A stretch of DNA of 64,000 bases from Mobula hypostoma. Its lineage: Eukaryota. Shown in pieces: positions 12,954-24,618 of this stretch. The position numbers and the translations under genes are program-made. Position 1 is the first letter of the stretch, and each line of letters starts with the position of its first letter. A model generated the notes under the pieces. That model saw nothing but the letters and a program-made list of their open reading frames with translations. It had not been told where the DNA came from and did no database searches. Location: contig NC_086118.1 in NCBI RefSeq assembly GCF_963921235.1, forward strand, positions 21,950,001-22,014,000, in the 5' to 3' direction.

Positions 12954-15900
12954 AACATAGAAACATAGAAAACCTACAGCACAATACAGGCCCTTCAGCC
13001 CACAATGCTGTGCTGAACATGTACTTTCTTCAGAAATTACCTAGAGTCATGCATAGCCCTCTACTTTTCTAAGCTCCACGTACCCATCCAGGAGTCTCTT
13101 AAAAGACCCTATCATATCCGCCTCCACCACTGTCGCTGGCAGTCCATTCCATGCACTTACCACTCTGCGTAAAAAAAACTTACCCCTGACATCTCCTCTG
13201 TACCTACTTCCAAGCACCTAAAAACTGTGCCCTCTCGTGCTAGCCATTTCAGCCCTGGAAAAAAGCCTCTGACTATCCACATGATCAATGCCTCTTATCA
13301 TCTTATACACCTCTATCAGGTCATTTCTCATCCTCCGCTGCTCCAAAGAGAAAAGGCCGAGTTCACTCAACCTATTCTCATAAGGCATGCTCCCCAATCC
13401 AGACAACATCCTTGTAAATCTCCCAATGGACCAGAACTGAGCACAGTACTCCAAGTGGGGTCTGACCAGGGTCCTATATAGCTGTAACATTACCTCTCGG
13501 CTCTTAAAATCAATCTCAAGATTGATGAAGGCCAAAGAACTATATGCCTTCTTAACCACAGAGTCAACCTGCGCATCAGCTTTGAGTGTCCTATGGACTT
13601 GAACCCCAAGATCCCTCTGATCCTCCGCACTGCCAAGAGTCTTACCATCAATACTATATTCTGCCATCATATTTGACCTACCAAAATGAACCACCTCACA
13701 CTTATCTGGGTTGAACTCCATCTGCCACTTCTCAGCCCAGTTTTGCATCCTATCGACATCCCATTGCAACCTCTGGCAGCCTTCCACACTATCCACAACA
13801 CCCCAACCTTTATGCCATCAGCAAATTTACTAACCCATCCTTCCACTTCCTTATCCTGATCATCTATAAAAATCACAAAGAGAAGTGGTCCCGGAACAGA
13901 TCCCTGAGGCACACCACTGGTCACCAACCTCCATGCAGAATATGACCCATCTACAACCACTCTTTGTCTTCTGTGTGCAAGCCAATTCTGGATCCCCAAA
14001 GCAAGGTCCCCTTACTTTCTCAATAAGCCTTGCATGGGGACCTTATCAAGTGCTTTGCTGAAATCCATGTATACTACATCTACTGCTCTACCTTCATCAG
14101 TGTGTTCAGTCACATCCTCAAAAAATTCAATCAGGCTCGTAAGGCATGACCTGCCCTTGACAAAGCCATGCTGACCATTCCTAATCATATCATACCTCTC
14201 CAAATGTTCATAAATCCTGCCTCTCAGGATCTTTTCCATCAATTTACTAACCACTGAAGTAAGACTCACTGGTCTGTGAATAAGGGAACAACATCGGCAG
14301 CCCTCCAATCCTCTGGAACCTTTCCCGTTGATGATGCAAAGATCATTGCCAGAGGCTCAACAATCTCTTCACTCGCAGTCCACAGTAGCCTGGGGTACAT
14401 CTTGTACAGTCCTGGAGACTTTTTCAGCTTGATGCTTTCCAAAAGCTCCAGCACATCCTCTTTCTTAATGTCTATATGCTGAAGCTTTTCAATCTGCTGT
14501 AAATCATCCCCACAATTGCCAAGATCCTTTTCCATAGTGTATACTAAAGAAAAGTATTCATTAGGTACCTCTGCTATCTCCTCCGATTCCATACACACTT
14601 TTCACTGTCACACTTGATTGGTCCTATTCTGTCATGTCTTATCCTCTTGCTCTTCACATACTTGTAGAATGCCTTGGGGTTTTCCTTAATCATGTCCACC
14701 AAGGCCTTCTCATGGCCCCTTCTAGCTCTCCAAATTTCATTCTTAAGCTCCTTCCTGCTGGCCTTATAATCTTCTAGATCTCTATCATTACTTAGTTTTT
14801 TGAACCTTTCATGAGCTTTTCTTTTCTTGACTAGATTGACAACAGCCTTTGTATGCCATGGTTCCTGTACCCTACCATCCTTTCCCTGTCTGATTGGAAC
14901 ATACCTATGCAGAACACCATGCAAATATCCCCTGAAAATTTGCTACATTTCTGCCATACATTTCCCTGAGAACGTCTGTTATGCTTCCAATTTCCTGCCT
15001 GATAGCTTCATATTTCCCCTTACTCTAGTTAAACGCTTTCCTAACTTGTCTGTTCCTATCCCTCTCCAATGTTATGGTAAAGGAGATAGAATTGTGTTCA
15101 TTATCTCCAAAATGCTCTCCCACTGAGAGACCTGACACCTGACCAGGTTCATTTCCCAAAACCAGATCAAATACAGCCTCTCCTCTTGTAGGCTTATCTA
15201 CATATTGTGTCAGGAAACCTTCCTGAAAACACCTAACAAACTCCACCCCATCTAAATCCCTTGCTCTAGGGAGATGCCAATCAATATTTGGGAAATTAAA
15301 ATATTCCACCACAACAACCCTGTTATTATTACACCTTTCCAGAATCTGTCTCCCTATCTGCTCTTCAATGTTCCTGTTACTATTGGGTGGTCTATAAAAA
15401 ACACACAGCAGAGTTATTGACCCCTTTCTGCTTCTAACTTCTGTCCACAGAGACTCAGTAGACAATCCCTCGATGACTTCCTCCTTTTCTGTAGCCGCGA
15501 CACTATCTCTGAGCAACAGTGCCACGCCCCACCTCTTTTGCCTCCCTCCCTCTCCTTTCTGAAACATCTATAACTTGGCACTCTAAGTAATCATTCCTGT
15601 CCCTGAACCATCCAAGTCTCTGTAATGGCCATAATATTACAGTTCCAAGTACTGGTCCATGCTCTAAGATCATCAGCTTTGTTCATGATGCTTCTTGCAT
15701 TAAAATAGACACATCTCAAACTATCAGTCTGAGCGCATCCCTTCTCTATCACCTGTCTATCCTCACTCTCATACTGTATGCAAGCTTTCTCTATTTGTGA
15801 GCCAACTGCCCCTTTCTCCGTCTCTTCAGTTCGGTTCCCACCCCCCAGCAATTCTAGTTTAAATTCTCCCCAACAGCCTTAGCAAACCTCCCTGCCAGGA

Positions 15901-16149
15901 TATTGGTCCCCCTCAGATTCAAGTGCAACCCGTCCTTTTTGTACAGGTCACGCCTGCACCAAAAGAGGTCCCAATGATCCAGAAATCTGAGTCCCTGCCC
16001 CCTGCTCCAATCTCTCAGCCACACATTTTTCTTCCACCTCACTCTATTCCTATTCTCACTGTCGCGTGGCACAGGCAGTAATCCCGAGATTACTACCTTT
16101 GAGGTCCTGCTTCTCAACTTCCTTCCTATCTCTCTGTCATCTGTTTTCA
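12954..16149 (-). mobile_element. CR1 LINE (CR1-B), 5'-truncated within ORF1, nested in the ORF1 of CR1-A
   Basis: ORF1 SGNH-esterase end (KVVISGLLP...DGLHLN.RG). ORF2 motifs YFNARSI, YRPPN, FNFPNIDW, QHGFVKGRSCLT, GVPQGSVPGPLLF, KFADG, VRPHLEYC, with frameshifts. Tail (TTTCTATG)n. AACA duplicated at 12954-57 / 16149-52. Confidence 0.95.
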
Positions 16150-16613
16150 ACAAGCAAAACTCACTTTATAGAGGCTGTATTATTATACATTTAGGGGGGA
16201 TGAAAATTACTGAAATGATTGTATTTATTCAAATTCTTAAAAGTAAACTACTATTTATACTACTATCCCTACTTTGCTCCCAATGTACCAGATAACGCCT
16301 AATGTCTAACGTGTGCTTGAAACTTCGCCAGAGTTTCTAGGTTTGCGTTTTCTGATCAATTCATGTTCTGCGCCGGTAAGCTATACCTGAAAGTGACTTT
16401 TGGTCCTGCCTTATTCGGCCTACAACAACCTCACCACTATCTAATTATTGGCTTGCTTTCTCGTTGAAAACACGCGAAGCGCCCCTTTTTCCACTAGCGC
16501 TAGTGACCTGCTTATGCAAAGGCGAAAAAACTTATCGCCCAAAACAAGGGATAGGCCAGAAAAAAAACGCTTTGCGGCCCCCGTAAGTCATCCAAACACA
16601 AGTTATATAAACC

Positions 16614-16891
16614 GCCACATCGAAAATTTAAAACAGAACGAAAGAATGCTACAGACCAAACATTTTCCTCGTGCTCTCTCAAACAGCACGCACCACAGGG
16701 CCGGAGTCCGCTGCACCAGCACTAGTGCCAGCACAACCCGCCTCCAAGTCCAAAGGGAAGTTACAGACTATTGCTTGTGATGATCGTTTGCCAGAGAGAG
16801 TGACTAACGAAGTATTTAGTTGTTTACCTTGTTTCATCAGCCACTAGCCAGAAGCCACTGAGGTTCACCAGTGCCATCTTAAACCAGAAAT
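16614..16891 (-). mobile_element. 5' half (head) of the non-autonomous element whose tail is at 7886-8379
   Basis: Minus strand begins ATTTCTGGTTTAAGATGGCACTGGTGAA, matching the head at 5441. Confidence 0.7.
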
Positions 16892-17254
16892 AGTACTTAC
16901 TGAAGATTAATGACTTGGAGTATTGAGGCTTATCTGAGTAGACCTGCAAAGAAGTCTTAAATGTAAATAACACACACAACTGCTTAAGATTATGCAACTG
17001 AAACTTCTCATCAGTTTGATGACATTCCATAAGTAAACCCTGCCTAAATGGATAATGAAACTATTCATTTTTGGGTTTCTGTTTTTCTAGATTAACATTT
17101 GATACGTGTCATAGAAATATACATGGAAGTTAAGATTCTAAATGCAAGTTTTCATCAAAATGTAAATGATTTCAGTTGTGGCATGTAATATGTGAAAGTG
17201 CACTGTAATTTTACAGCTGCTTTTTAACAAGAATCAATAACAAAGTTTAGACAT

Positions 17255-17543
17255 TCCACCGTGATACAACACTTGGCGGCACGGGAGGTCGTTCCTGCCT
17301 GTGGCCATCGAATGTGCAGCTCCTCCCGTGGAGGGTCAGACACCCTGAGCCAATGGACTGGTCCTGGACTTATTTTCCATCTGGCATAGTTTTGCATTTT
17401 GTTGTTTGATTGTTGGGGTTTTTTGTATTGCTATATTTACACTATTTATTTGCTATATTGCTCTATTCTTGGTTGGTGCAGCTGTAACGAAACCAAATTT
17501 CTCTCAGGATTAATAAAGTATATCTGCCTATCTATCTATCTAT
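17255..17543 (+). mobile_element. Rex1/Babar LINE 3' fragment
   Basis: Encodes RHGRSFLPVAI, like a Rex1 C-terminus. Ends in AATAAAG plus (TCTA)n. Confidence 0.75.
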
Positions 17544-17637
17544 GTACCCAAGTGTCTGGCAGTTAATTGAAAGCAACATAATAGTGTCCTTCTTCATTTA
17601 TTAAGATTCTTTATTTTTCCTTTATACTAATGGCATC

Positions 17638-18020
17638 TCAAAGTTCAAAAAGTTCAAAGTAAATTTATAAGCAAAGCACATATATGTCACCATATACAAC
17701 CCTGAGATTAATTTCCTTCCAAGCATACTCAATAATTCTATAGGATAATAACCAGAATCAATGAAAGATCGCACCAACTTTGAGCCTTCAACCAGTGTCC
17801 AAAAGACAACAAGCTGCAAATACAAAAAGAGAGAAATAATAATCAATAAATAAGCAATAAATATCAATAACATGAGATAAGGAGCCCTTGAAAGTGAGTG
17901 CATTGGTTGTGGGAACATTTCAGCAATGGGGCAAGTGAAGCAGAGTGAAATTTTTCCCTTCGGTTCAAGAGCCTGATGATTGAGGGGTAATAACTCTTCC
18001 TGAACTGGGTGGGGTGAGTC
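17638..18020 (-). mobile_element. Rex1/Babar LINE 3' fragment
   Basis: Minus strand encodes QFRKSYYPSIIRLLN. The 3'UTR is colinear with 54021-55620. Tail (TTTGAAC)n. Confidence 0.85.
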
Positions 18021-18769
18021 ATCTAGGTTCTGTCCATGGTAATCCTTTTCTTCTCTTGTAATGTTTACTGCATGAAGAATAGCTACGTTGGGGACTGGAT
18101 CTCTCCCCCTTGGCTCTATTTGTGACTATTGGATGGTCTCGGGTCAGGATAAGTCTAAGCAATTGCAGACAAGGTTCAAATGCCATTCTTACACCAGACA
18201 AAGCACTGACAGGTAAATGCTGCCAGACACAATACGTTTCAATAGGTGATTTAATGCTGTGGAAGAACTCGTCCACTAATTGTTACACATATCTGTGAGA
18301 AAATACATGTGTCCTTTCTTAAAGCTAGATCTGAAACCAGACCATCATGGGTGAGCCAAACTAAAAGGGCTGTGGTTTACTACTTTTATCTTGATAGTGC
18401 TGGCTGCTTCATGTCCAGCTGAAGTCAATATGGAGTTGAACTGACAATGAGGTGAAAGGGTGATGTCCAATATTGTCATGTTTCTGGTCCTATTATGGGA
18501 ACAATTACTCAGTTAACTGCAGGTAACCTTTGACCATATTCATACATCTCCAGAACCCCAGGGATTGGTAGTTTAGGGTATTTATGTTCCCTTGTTAGTT
18601 CTCACATAAGTGCATTTACTATCATTTTTTGCTTAATTCTCATTTTGAATGTCTATTTGTTGTAACAGGGTAAGGAAGCAACACTAGTGGAGGAGGCAAT
18701 TGAAGCAAGATAATAAAGGTTTCATTAAAAACCCTGGAGAAAATTGAAAAATATTTAAATAAAAATCAT

Positions 18770-19016
18770 AATAATTACTGAAATCTAAAATTAAAACTGT
18801 AGGTACTGGAATATTCAGAAAAATAAAGAAACAGAATCAATGTTTTAGATGATTTGAAACATTAACTCTGTTCTCTTTTCACAGATGCTGCCTGATCTGA
18901 TTTCCATGGTTTTTCTTTGTTTCATGGCTATCTGGAGAAGAAGAATCTCAGAGTTGTATACTACATACCTACTTTGATAATGAATGAACCTTTGAACACT
19001 TTTGAACCTTTAAACC
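18770..19016. mobile_element. Old PLE pLTR hairpin remnant (18770-18900) followed by a Rex-type tail (+, 18905-19016)
   Basis: GAAACATTAACTCTG...CACAGATGCTGCCTGA is the pLTR motif. The tail matches 6365-6460. Confidence 0.55.
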
Positions 19017-19280
19017 TGTTGTGTATTTCCAACATGCTCCACTAGTGAGTGAATATTTAAAAGTCTGACAGTTGAGAGTTGTGTGGAAGTCTGTAGGGTC
19101 AATGACAGACATTACATTACGTAGTGACAGGATTGTGATTTCTATACCAGCACTCGTCCTGCTTCTGCAAGATACAGAGGGATCCCAGACATACTTGGGC
19201 CCAACAACATTTTTGTCACCTGTTGAGCCATATCTGCAGAAATAAACTTTCAACCTGCTAATGGAATCAATCAATGGAAA

Positions 19281-19980
19281 CAAGAGGAAATCTGCAGAAT
19301 GCTGGAAATCAAAGCAACACACATAAAATGCTGGAGGAAATCAGCAGGCCAGGCAGCATTTATGGAAAAGAGTAAACAGTTGGCATTGCAGACTGAAACT
19401 CTTCATCGGGATTGGGAAAAAAATGAGGTATGGGGAGGGGAGGAGGAAGTAAAAGGTAGTAGATGGCAGGTGAAACTGGGAGGGGGAGAGGTGAAGTAAG
19501 GAGCTGGGAAATCAGACGGTGAAAGAGATAAAGAAGTGGAGAAGGGGGAATGTGAAGAGGACATATCCCTACATCTCCTCCCCTCACTACCATTCCAGTA
19601 ATTGCTCCCCTCCTTCACCATTCCCCATTCCTATTTCCCTCTCTGATCAATCCCTGTCCATTACCTCCCACTGGTGCTCCTCTCCCTTGCTTTTCTTCCA
19701 TGGCCCTCTGTCCTCTCCTGTCAGGTTCCCCTTTCTCCAGCCGTTTATCTTTTACATCGATTGACTTCCCAGCTCTTCATTTCACCCCTCTCATTCTCCT
19801 GGTTTCAACTATCACTTACCAGCTTGTACTTATTCCTCCTCTCCCTCAGCATCTTACGCTGACTTCTCATCTCTTTCTGCAGTCTTGATGAAGGGCTTTG
19901 GGCTGAAACACCAACTGTTTACTCTCCTCCATAGATGCTGCCTGGCCTGCTGAGTTCCTCCAGCATTTTGTGTGTGTTGC
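19281..19980. mobile_element. Penelope-derived insertion made of two inverted pLTR/UTR arms
   Basis: Left arm (minus) 19281-~19560 and right arm (plus) ~19570-19980 are reverse complements by eye. Each has a degenerate hammerhead core. Possible TSD CAATGGAAAC / CAATGAAAC. Confidence 0.85.
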
Positions 19981-21905
19981 CAATGAAACCAGTCATTGGA
20001 TGAATAAAGGAGCCTTCCCCATGGAGGCCTCAAACCAGTAGTGAAAAACAAATCCTTTAATTAAACACCCCTACACTGTAACAATCCTCTCAGCAACTCC
20101 AAGCTTGTGACCTTCATAGTACATAATTCCACCCACTGATCCATTTGACAGCCCCCAATATCTTGACCACCAAGCTGGATCTCTCCCTCTAACATGCCCC
20201 AAGTCATGTCATTACTAACCTGCAACCAACAAACCAACAAATGATGACTGTACCAGCTGACAATGGTCACAGGCTGATAACCACCTTGACAACTCCCTCT
20301 CCACATCTCTCCCCATTATTGATGCCCAACAGGCAATCCTCTTTGCTTAACAGCTCAATGCCCAACTTTTCCTTTGTTCTCTGGTCTTCACCAGCCCCCC
20401 AAAACCTACACCCCATTGACCAGGCTCGTTCCACTGCAAGTCATATTTCCTTGGCATGTTCCACACTGACAAAACTTGCAAGGGAGAGGCCATATCTATT
20501 ATAAGTTCTCTCTACCAGCACTCAAGTGAAATTGTGTCGTGTATTGTCACATGCACAGGTTCGAAGTTCAAAGTAAACTTATTATCAAAACACCCTGTCA
20601 TGCTGAACGCACGGTGGGGTACACGTACAATGAAAAACATGTAACAGCATCATGGACACAAAGATACAGACTCAAACAAAATTTCAATTACATCAGGCAG
20701 AGGACAGAGAGGGAGAAAATGGACTAAGGTTTTATTTTAGCACAAAATAAAGATACACTCAGTGGACCTACAGACTATGCATTTGTGAGCCCATCTTTAC
20801 TAGCAGATTGCACCTAAATGCAAGTTCTTCTTTAAAGTAACTCAGTCCTCACAGCATTGCATATATAGTGCAGAGCACAGAATGTAACTGGAATTTCAGT
20901 GGATGTCTCCCAGCTGGCTGATGTTTTTAAGCAAAGAACCCAAAATCCTGGGAATTCATGTGCTGCAGCTCTGATCCCCATCAGGTGTATAATAAATTTA
21001 ATGGTGTTCAAGTGTAGTGAGTTTATAACCATGTGCAGAATGCAAATAAAAGGTAATAACTAAAACAAAAAATGACCGGTAAACAATTGCTTCCAGCTGC
21101 CCCCTAATTAACAGCATCAGTTGTGATTTTTATATCCCCTGCTATAATTAAATCTGCTATTCGTGTTATTTAGGGTACCAGAGTAAAAGAATTCAGTTTT
21201 ATGATCCATTTAAAGAACTGTGCCTGGCTAAAATGATCTGTTTAAAAGTAACTTAAAAGAAGTTTATCATATAACAATCTTCACCTGTAGTGTGAAGTCT
21301 ATTAGTTAGAAATAATTTACATGATTGGAAATACCTTTTCAACTGCTTATATCTGCTCAGAATTACGTGTTTCCTGACACAAAGCATGTTATCCTGCAGT
21401 TTACGTTAATCACCTGCTTGCTTTCTCTCAGAGACAACCTTTCCTGTTAGAATTCACCCAAACCTTTGTGGTCTGTTTCTAACTTATGAGGAGCGAGTGT
21501 TTTTGGGAACCAGTTGTCAACAATGGCTATGCCAGCTGATCAACGTAGGCAGGTTGGAGGAAAACATTATGCTGAGTAGTACTGGGTGTACATTGCCAAA
21601 ACTGATTGATGACTACGTAATATATATAAAGGCTGGCAGGGGCAATTAAGGTCAATTGGCAGAACTTGGCACTGGTCACTGAAATTAGAACCACAAGTGA
21701 AAAATATACTCAAAGGTCCTGTTTAACAGGGTTTCGCCTTGATGCTTAAGTAAAACCAGACCATTTAAAGAATAAAAATATTCTGCATAATCCAAGACCA
21801 ACATTGACTTATGTAGTTATTATTTTTAGGAAACTGTTTCTGAAACAGTTAAATGTTGAAATATATTTCAAATATTTCATAGATTGGTGGCACATGTTTT
21901 AAACA

Positions 21906-22324
21906 TTGAATTGAATTGACTTTGTTACTTAACATCCTTCGTATACATGAGTAAAAACTTTACGTTATGTCTCTGTCTAAATGTGCAATTTTTAGTAATT
22001 TATAATAAATAGTATGTACAACAGGATGGTCAATATAACATAGAAATACAATTGTATCAGCATGAATTAATCAGTCTGATGGCCTGGTGGAAGAAGCTGT
22101 CCCGGAGCCTGATGGTTCTACCTTTTATGCTGCAGTACTGTTTCCCGGATGGTAGCAGCTGGAACAGTTTGTGGTTGGGGTGACTTGGGTCCCCAGTGAT
22201 CCTTCAGGTCCTTTTTATGCACCTGTCTTTGTAAATGTTCTGAATTGTGGCAAGTTCACATCTGCAGATGTGCTGGGCTATTAGCACCACTCTCTGCAGA
22301 GTCCTGTGATTGAGGAAGGTACAG
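21906..22324 (-). mobile_element. Rex1/Babar LINE 3' fragment
   Basis: Minus strand encodes DPSHPNHKLFQLLPSGKQYCSIK...RLRDSFFHQAIRLIN. Tail (CAATT)n. Confidence 0.88.
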
Positions 22325-23009
22325 AAGGTAAACAAGGAACATGGCTGTGGATAGAGTGATAAAGTGCATTTGCTGGAAAATCAAAAATGTTCGATGTTCT
22401 TTTATTGTATTGCTTGCTTTAGACATCATTTTACCCATTGTCTTTAATGTGCCACTCTCTAAGTTAAACTGATAATGTAAGAGGCTACAGTGGAAGAGAG
22501 AGGCAACTACATGGAGAGATCTGAATATTAGCAAGAGAGTTCTGCTACTAATGTGTTACTCATCCTGGAGACATAAGAATGATTGAGGAATGTTCACAGG
22601 ATGAAATATAATTGAATGCTCAGAAAGTGAATATATTCATGTTTGTAGATTCTTGGACCAAAATCAATAGTGTTAACAGTATTCTCACTTCAATCAGTGT
22701 ACTCCTAACATATTGAAAACCCTTGTTGCATGTTCTATTACTACCTTAATCATTAGTAAACAAATAAATTCCATTTATGCCTTACAGGTGATATTGCTCT
22801 ATCACTACAGAAGCAATACTATTCACTCCACATGATTCGCTCAGTCTAATAAACAGTCTGAAAAAATTAAAACTTTGTCCTTTAGTGTCTTGCACAATGG
22901 ATTATTTGATATCTCTGTAGAAAGACTTCGTGCTAGATCTTTCCACAAGAAGACAATGAATTCCTAGAGAAAAAGGTTTACCAACACTCAGCAGGAAGAC
23001 AGAAGAGCC

Positions 23010-23488
23010 CTGTGCTTAGAAAAAATATGCACTTCTCTTGGAAGTTTTCATGTTTTATTGTTTTACAACATTGAATCACAATGGATTTAATTTTTTTTTT
23101 GACACTGATCAACAGAAAACGACTCTTGTGTCAAAGTGAAAACAGATCTCTACAAAGTAATCTGAATTAATTACAAAAATAAAACACAAAATAACTGATT
23201 GCACAAGTATAAACCCCCTTCAAGTCAGTATTTAACAGAAGCACCTTTGGCAGCAATTACAGCCTTGAGCCTGTGTCAACAGGTCTCTACCAGGTTTGCG
23301 ATTTCCCCCCCATCCTTCTTTACAAAACTGCTCAAGCTCTGTCAGATTGCATGGGGATCATGAGTGAACAGCCCTTTTCAAGTCCAGTCACAAATTCTCA
23401 GTCGGATTGAGGTCTAGACTCTGACTTGACCACTCCAGGACATTGTTGTTTTTAAGCTATTCCTGTGTAGCTTTGGCTTTATGCTTGG
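23010..23488 (-). mobile_element. Tc1 DNA transposon fragment (transposase C-terminus and one IR/DR end)
   Basis: Minus strand reads KHKAKATQE*LKNNNVLEWSSQSLDLNPTENL*LDLKRAVH, the Tc1 WPSQSPDLNPIENLW motif. Degenerate outer and inner direct repeats at ~23010 and ~23200. Confidence 0.88.
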
Positions 23489-23964
23489 TACTCTGTGCAG
23501 TGATCCTGATCATATCTAACAGGGTGACAAAATAGTTGGACAGTGTTTTTTTATGGCTTCATTTATTTGAAAAGTAACTTATGTTCTGGAGCTGGATCTC
23601 TTTTTATTGTACACTTAAGGAGAAAATAGAAGAAAAAAGATCTTTAACCTACTGTGCAAACTACAAAATGCTTTACATAACTGTTGTAGGATGGTCACAA
23701 ACTCTGAAACTCCAGATGAGCAGGTTACAGTAGTACCTTTGTATAGTTAGAACCAGTGTAAGTCAAGGTGTTTGGTTTTAACCCAGTAAACCTTTCCAGC
23801 CCAGCTGCCTGCTGGCCATAGAATCCAAGTGAATAGTTGAGTTATTTAAACTTTTGAGAGGGATTTTTATCAAACCATCTGTGCAATGAGGTACTTAGAT
23901 AGAGAAGTTTTAATGTCCTTGGTTAATAAGTCACATGCTTTAACGATCAAACCTCAGCAATTTT

Positions 23965-24618
23965 TATTTTAGATTTTGAGTACACGCAGTCCTCTTTTAT
24001 TGTCATTTAGTAATGCATGCATTGAAAAATGATACAATGTTTCTCCAGAATGATATCACAGAAACACATTACAAACCGACTGAAAAGACTGACAAAAACT
24101 ACATAATTATAACATATAGTTACAACAGTGCAAAGCAATACCGTAATTTGTTAAAGAACAGACCATGGGCACGGTAAAAAAGTCTCAAAGTCTTTGGAAA
24201 GTCCCATCATCTCACGCAGACGGTGAACCTCCAGCGCCGGAAACTTGCCGATGCAGCACCCCGGAAGCATCTGACCACAGTCCGACTCAGAGTCCGTCTG
24301 AAAACTCCGAGCCTCCGACCAGCTCTCCGACACTGAGCACTGAGCACCATCTCTGCCGAGCGCTTTGACCCCGGCCCTGGCAACAGGCAATAGGCAAAGC
24401 CAAGGACTTGGGGCCTTCCCCGCCGGAGATTCTCGATCACACAGTAGCAGTGGCAGCGAAGCGGGCATTTCAGAAATTTCTCCAGGTGTTCCTCCGTGCT
24501 TCTCATGGCTGTCTCCATCAAATCAGGATTGTGCACGGCCTCCTAGTTAACACATACGATATCACTCAGAACGGCCGTGTGCACTGCTTCGCGCCGCCAT
24601 CTTCTCCTCCCTCCTCCT
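23965..24618 (-). mobile_element. Non-coding, CpG-rich non-autonomous retroelement with a GGAGAAGATGGCG head (copy 1)
   Basis: Colinear paralog of 27377-28060. Minus-strand tail GACAATAAAAGAGGACTG. No recognisable protein. Confidence 0.8.

Larger units (their letters stand above)
8380..16613 (-). mobile_element. Full-length decayed CR1 LINE (CR1-A, ~4.3 kb without nested inserts): 5'UTR, esterase-type ORF1, APE-RT ORF2
   Basis: TSD GCCACATCG(G/A)A at 8369-79 / 16614-24. ORF1 remnant EVVIVEDSIISGVE...CYLPGA. EN motifs CVNARGI, IIAITEIWL, ILMGDLNFPNIEW. RT motifs QHGFRKGKSCFTNML, DITYLDFQ, RPHLEYHVQF. Tail (TTCTAATG)2. CpG-rich 5'UTR at ~16300-16613. Confidence 0.92.

Noticed and set aside
18019..19322. 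Minus-strand acceptor-like sites (TTTTCTCACAG, TTTCTGCAG) with nearby ORFs
   Set aside because: Frames hit stops soon after the acceptor or run into repeats, and the peptides are unrecognisable.
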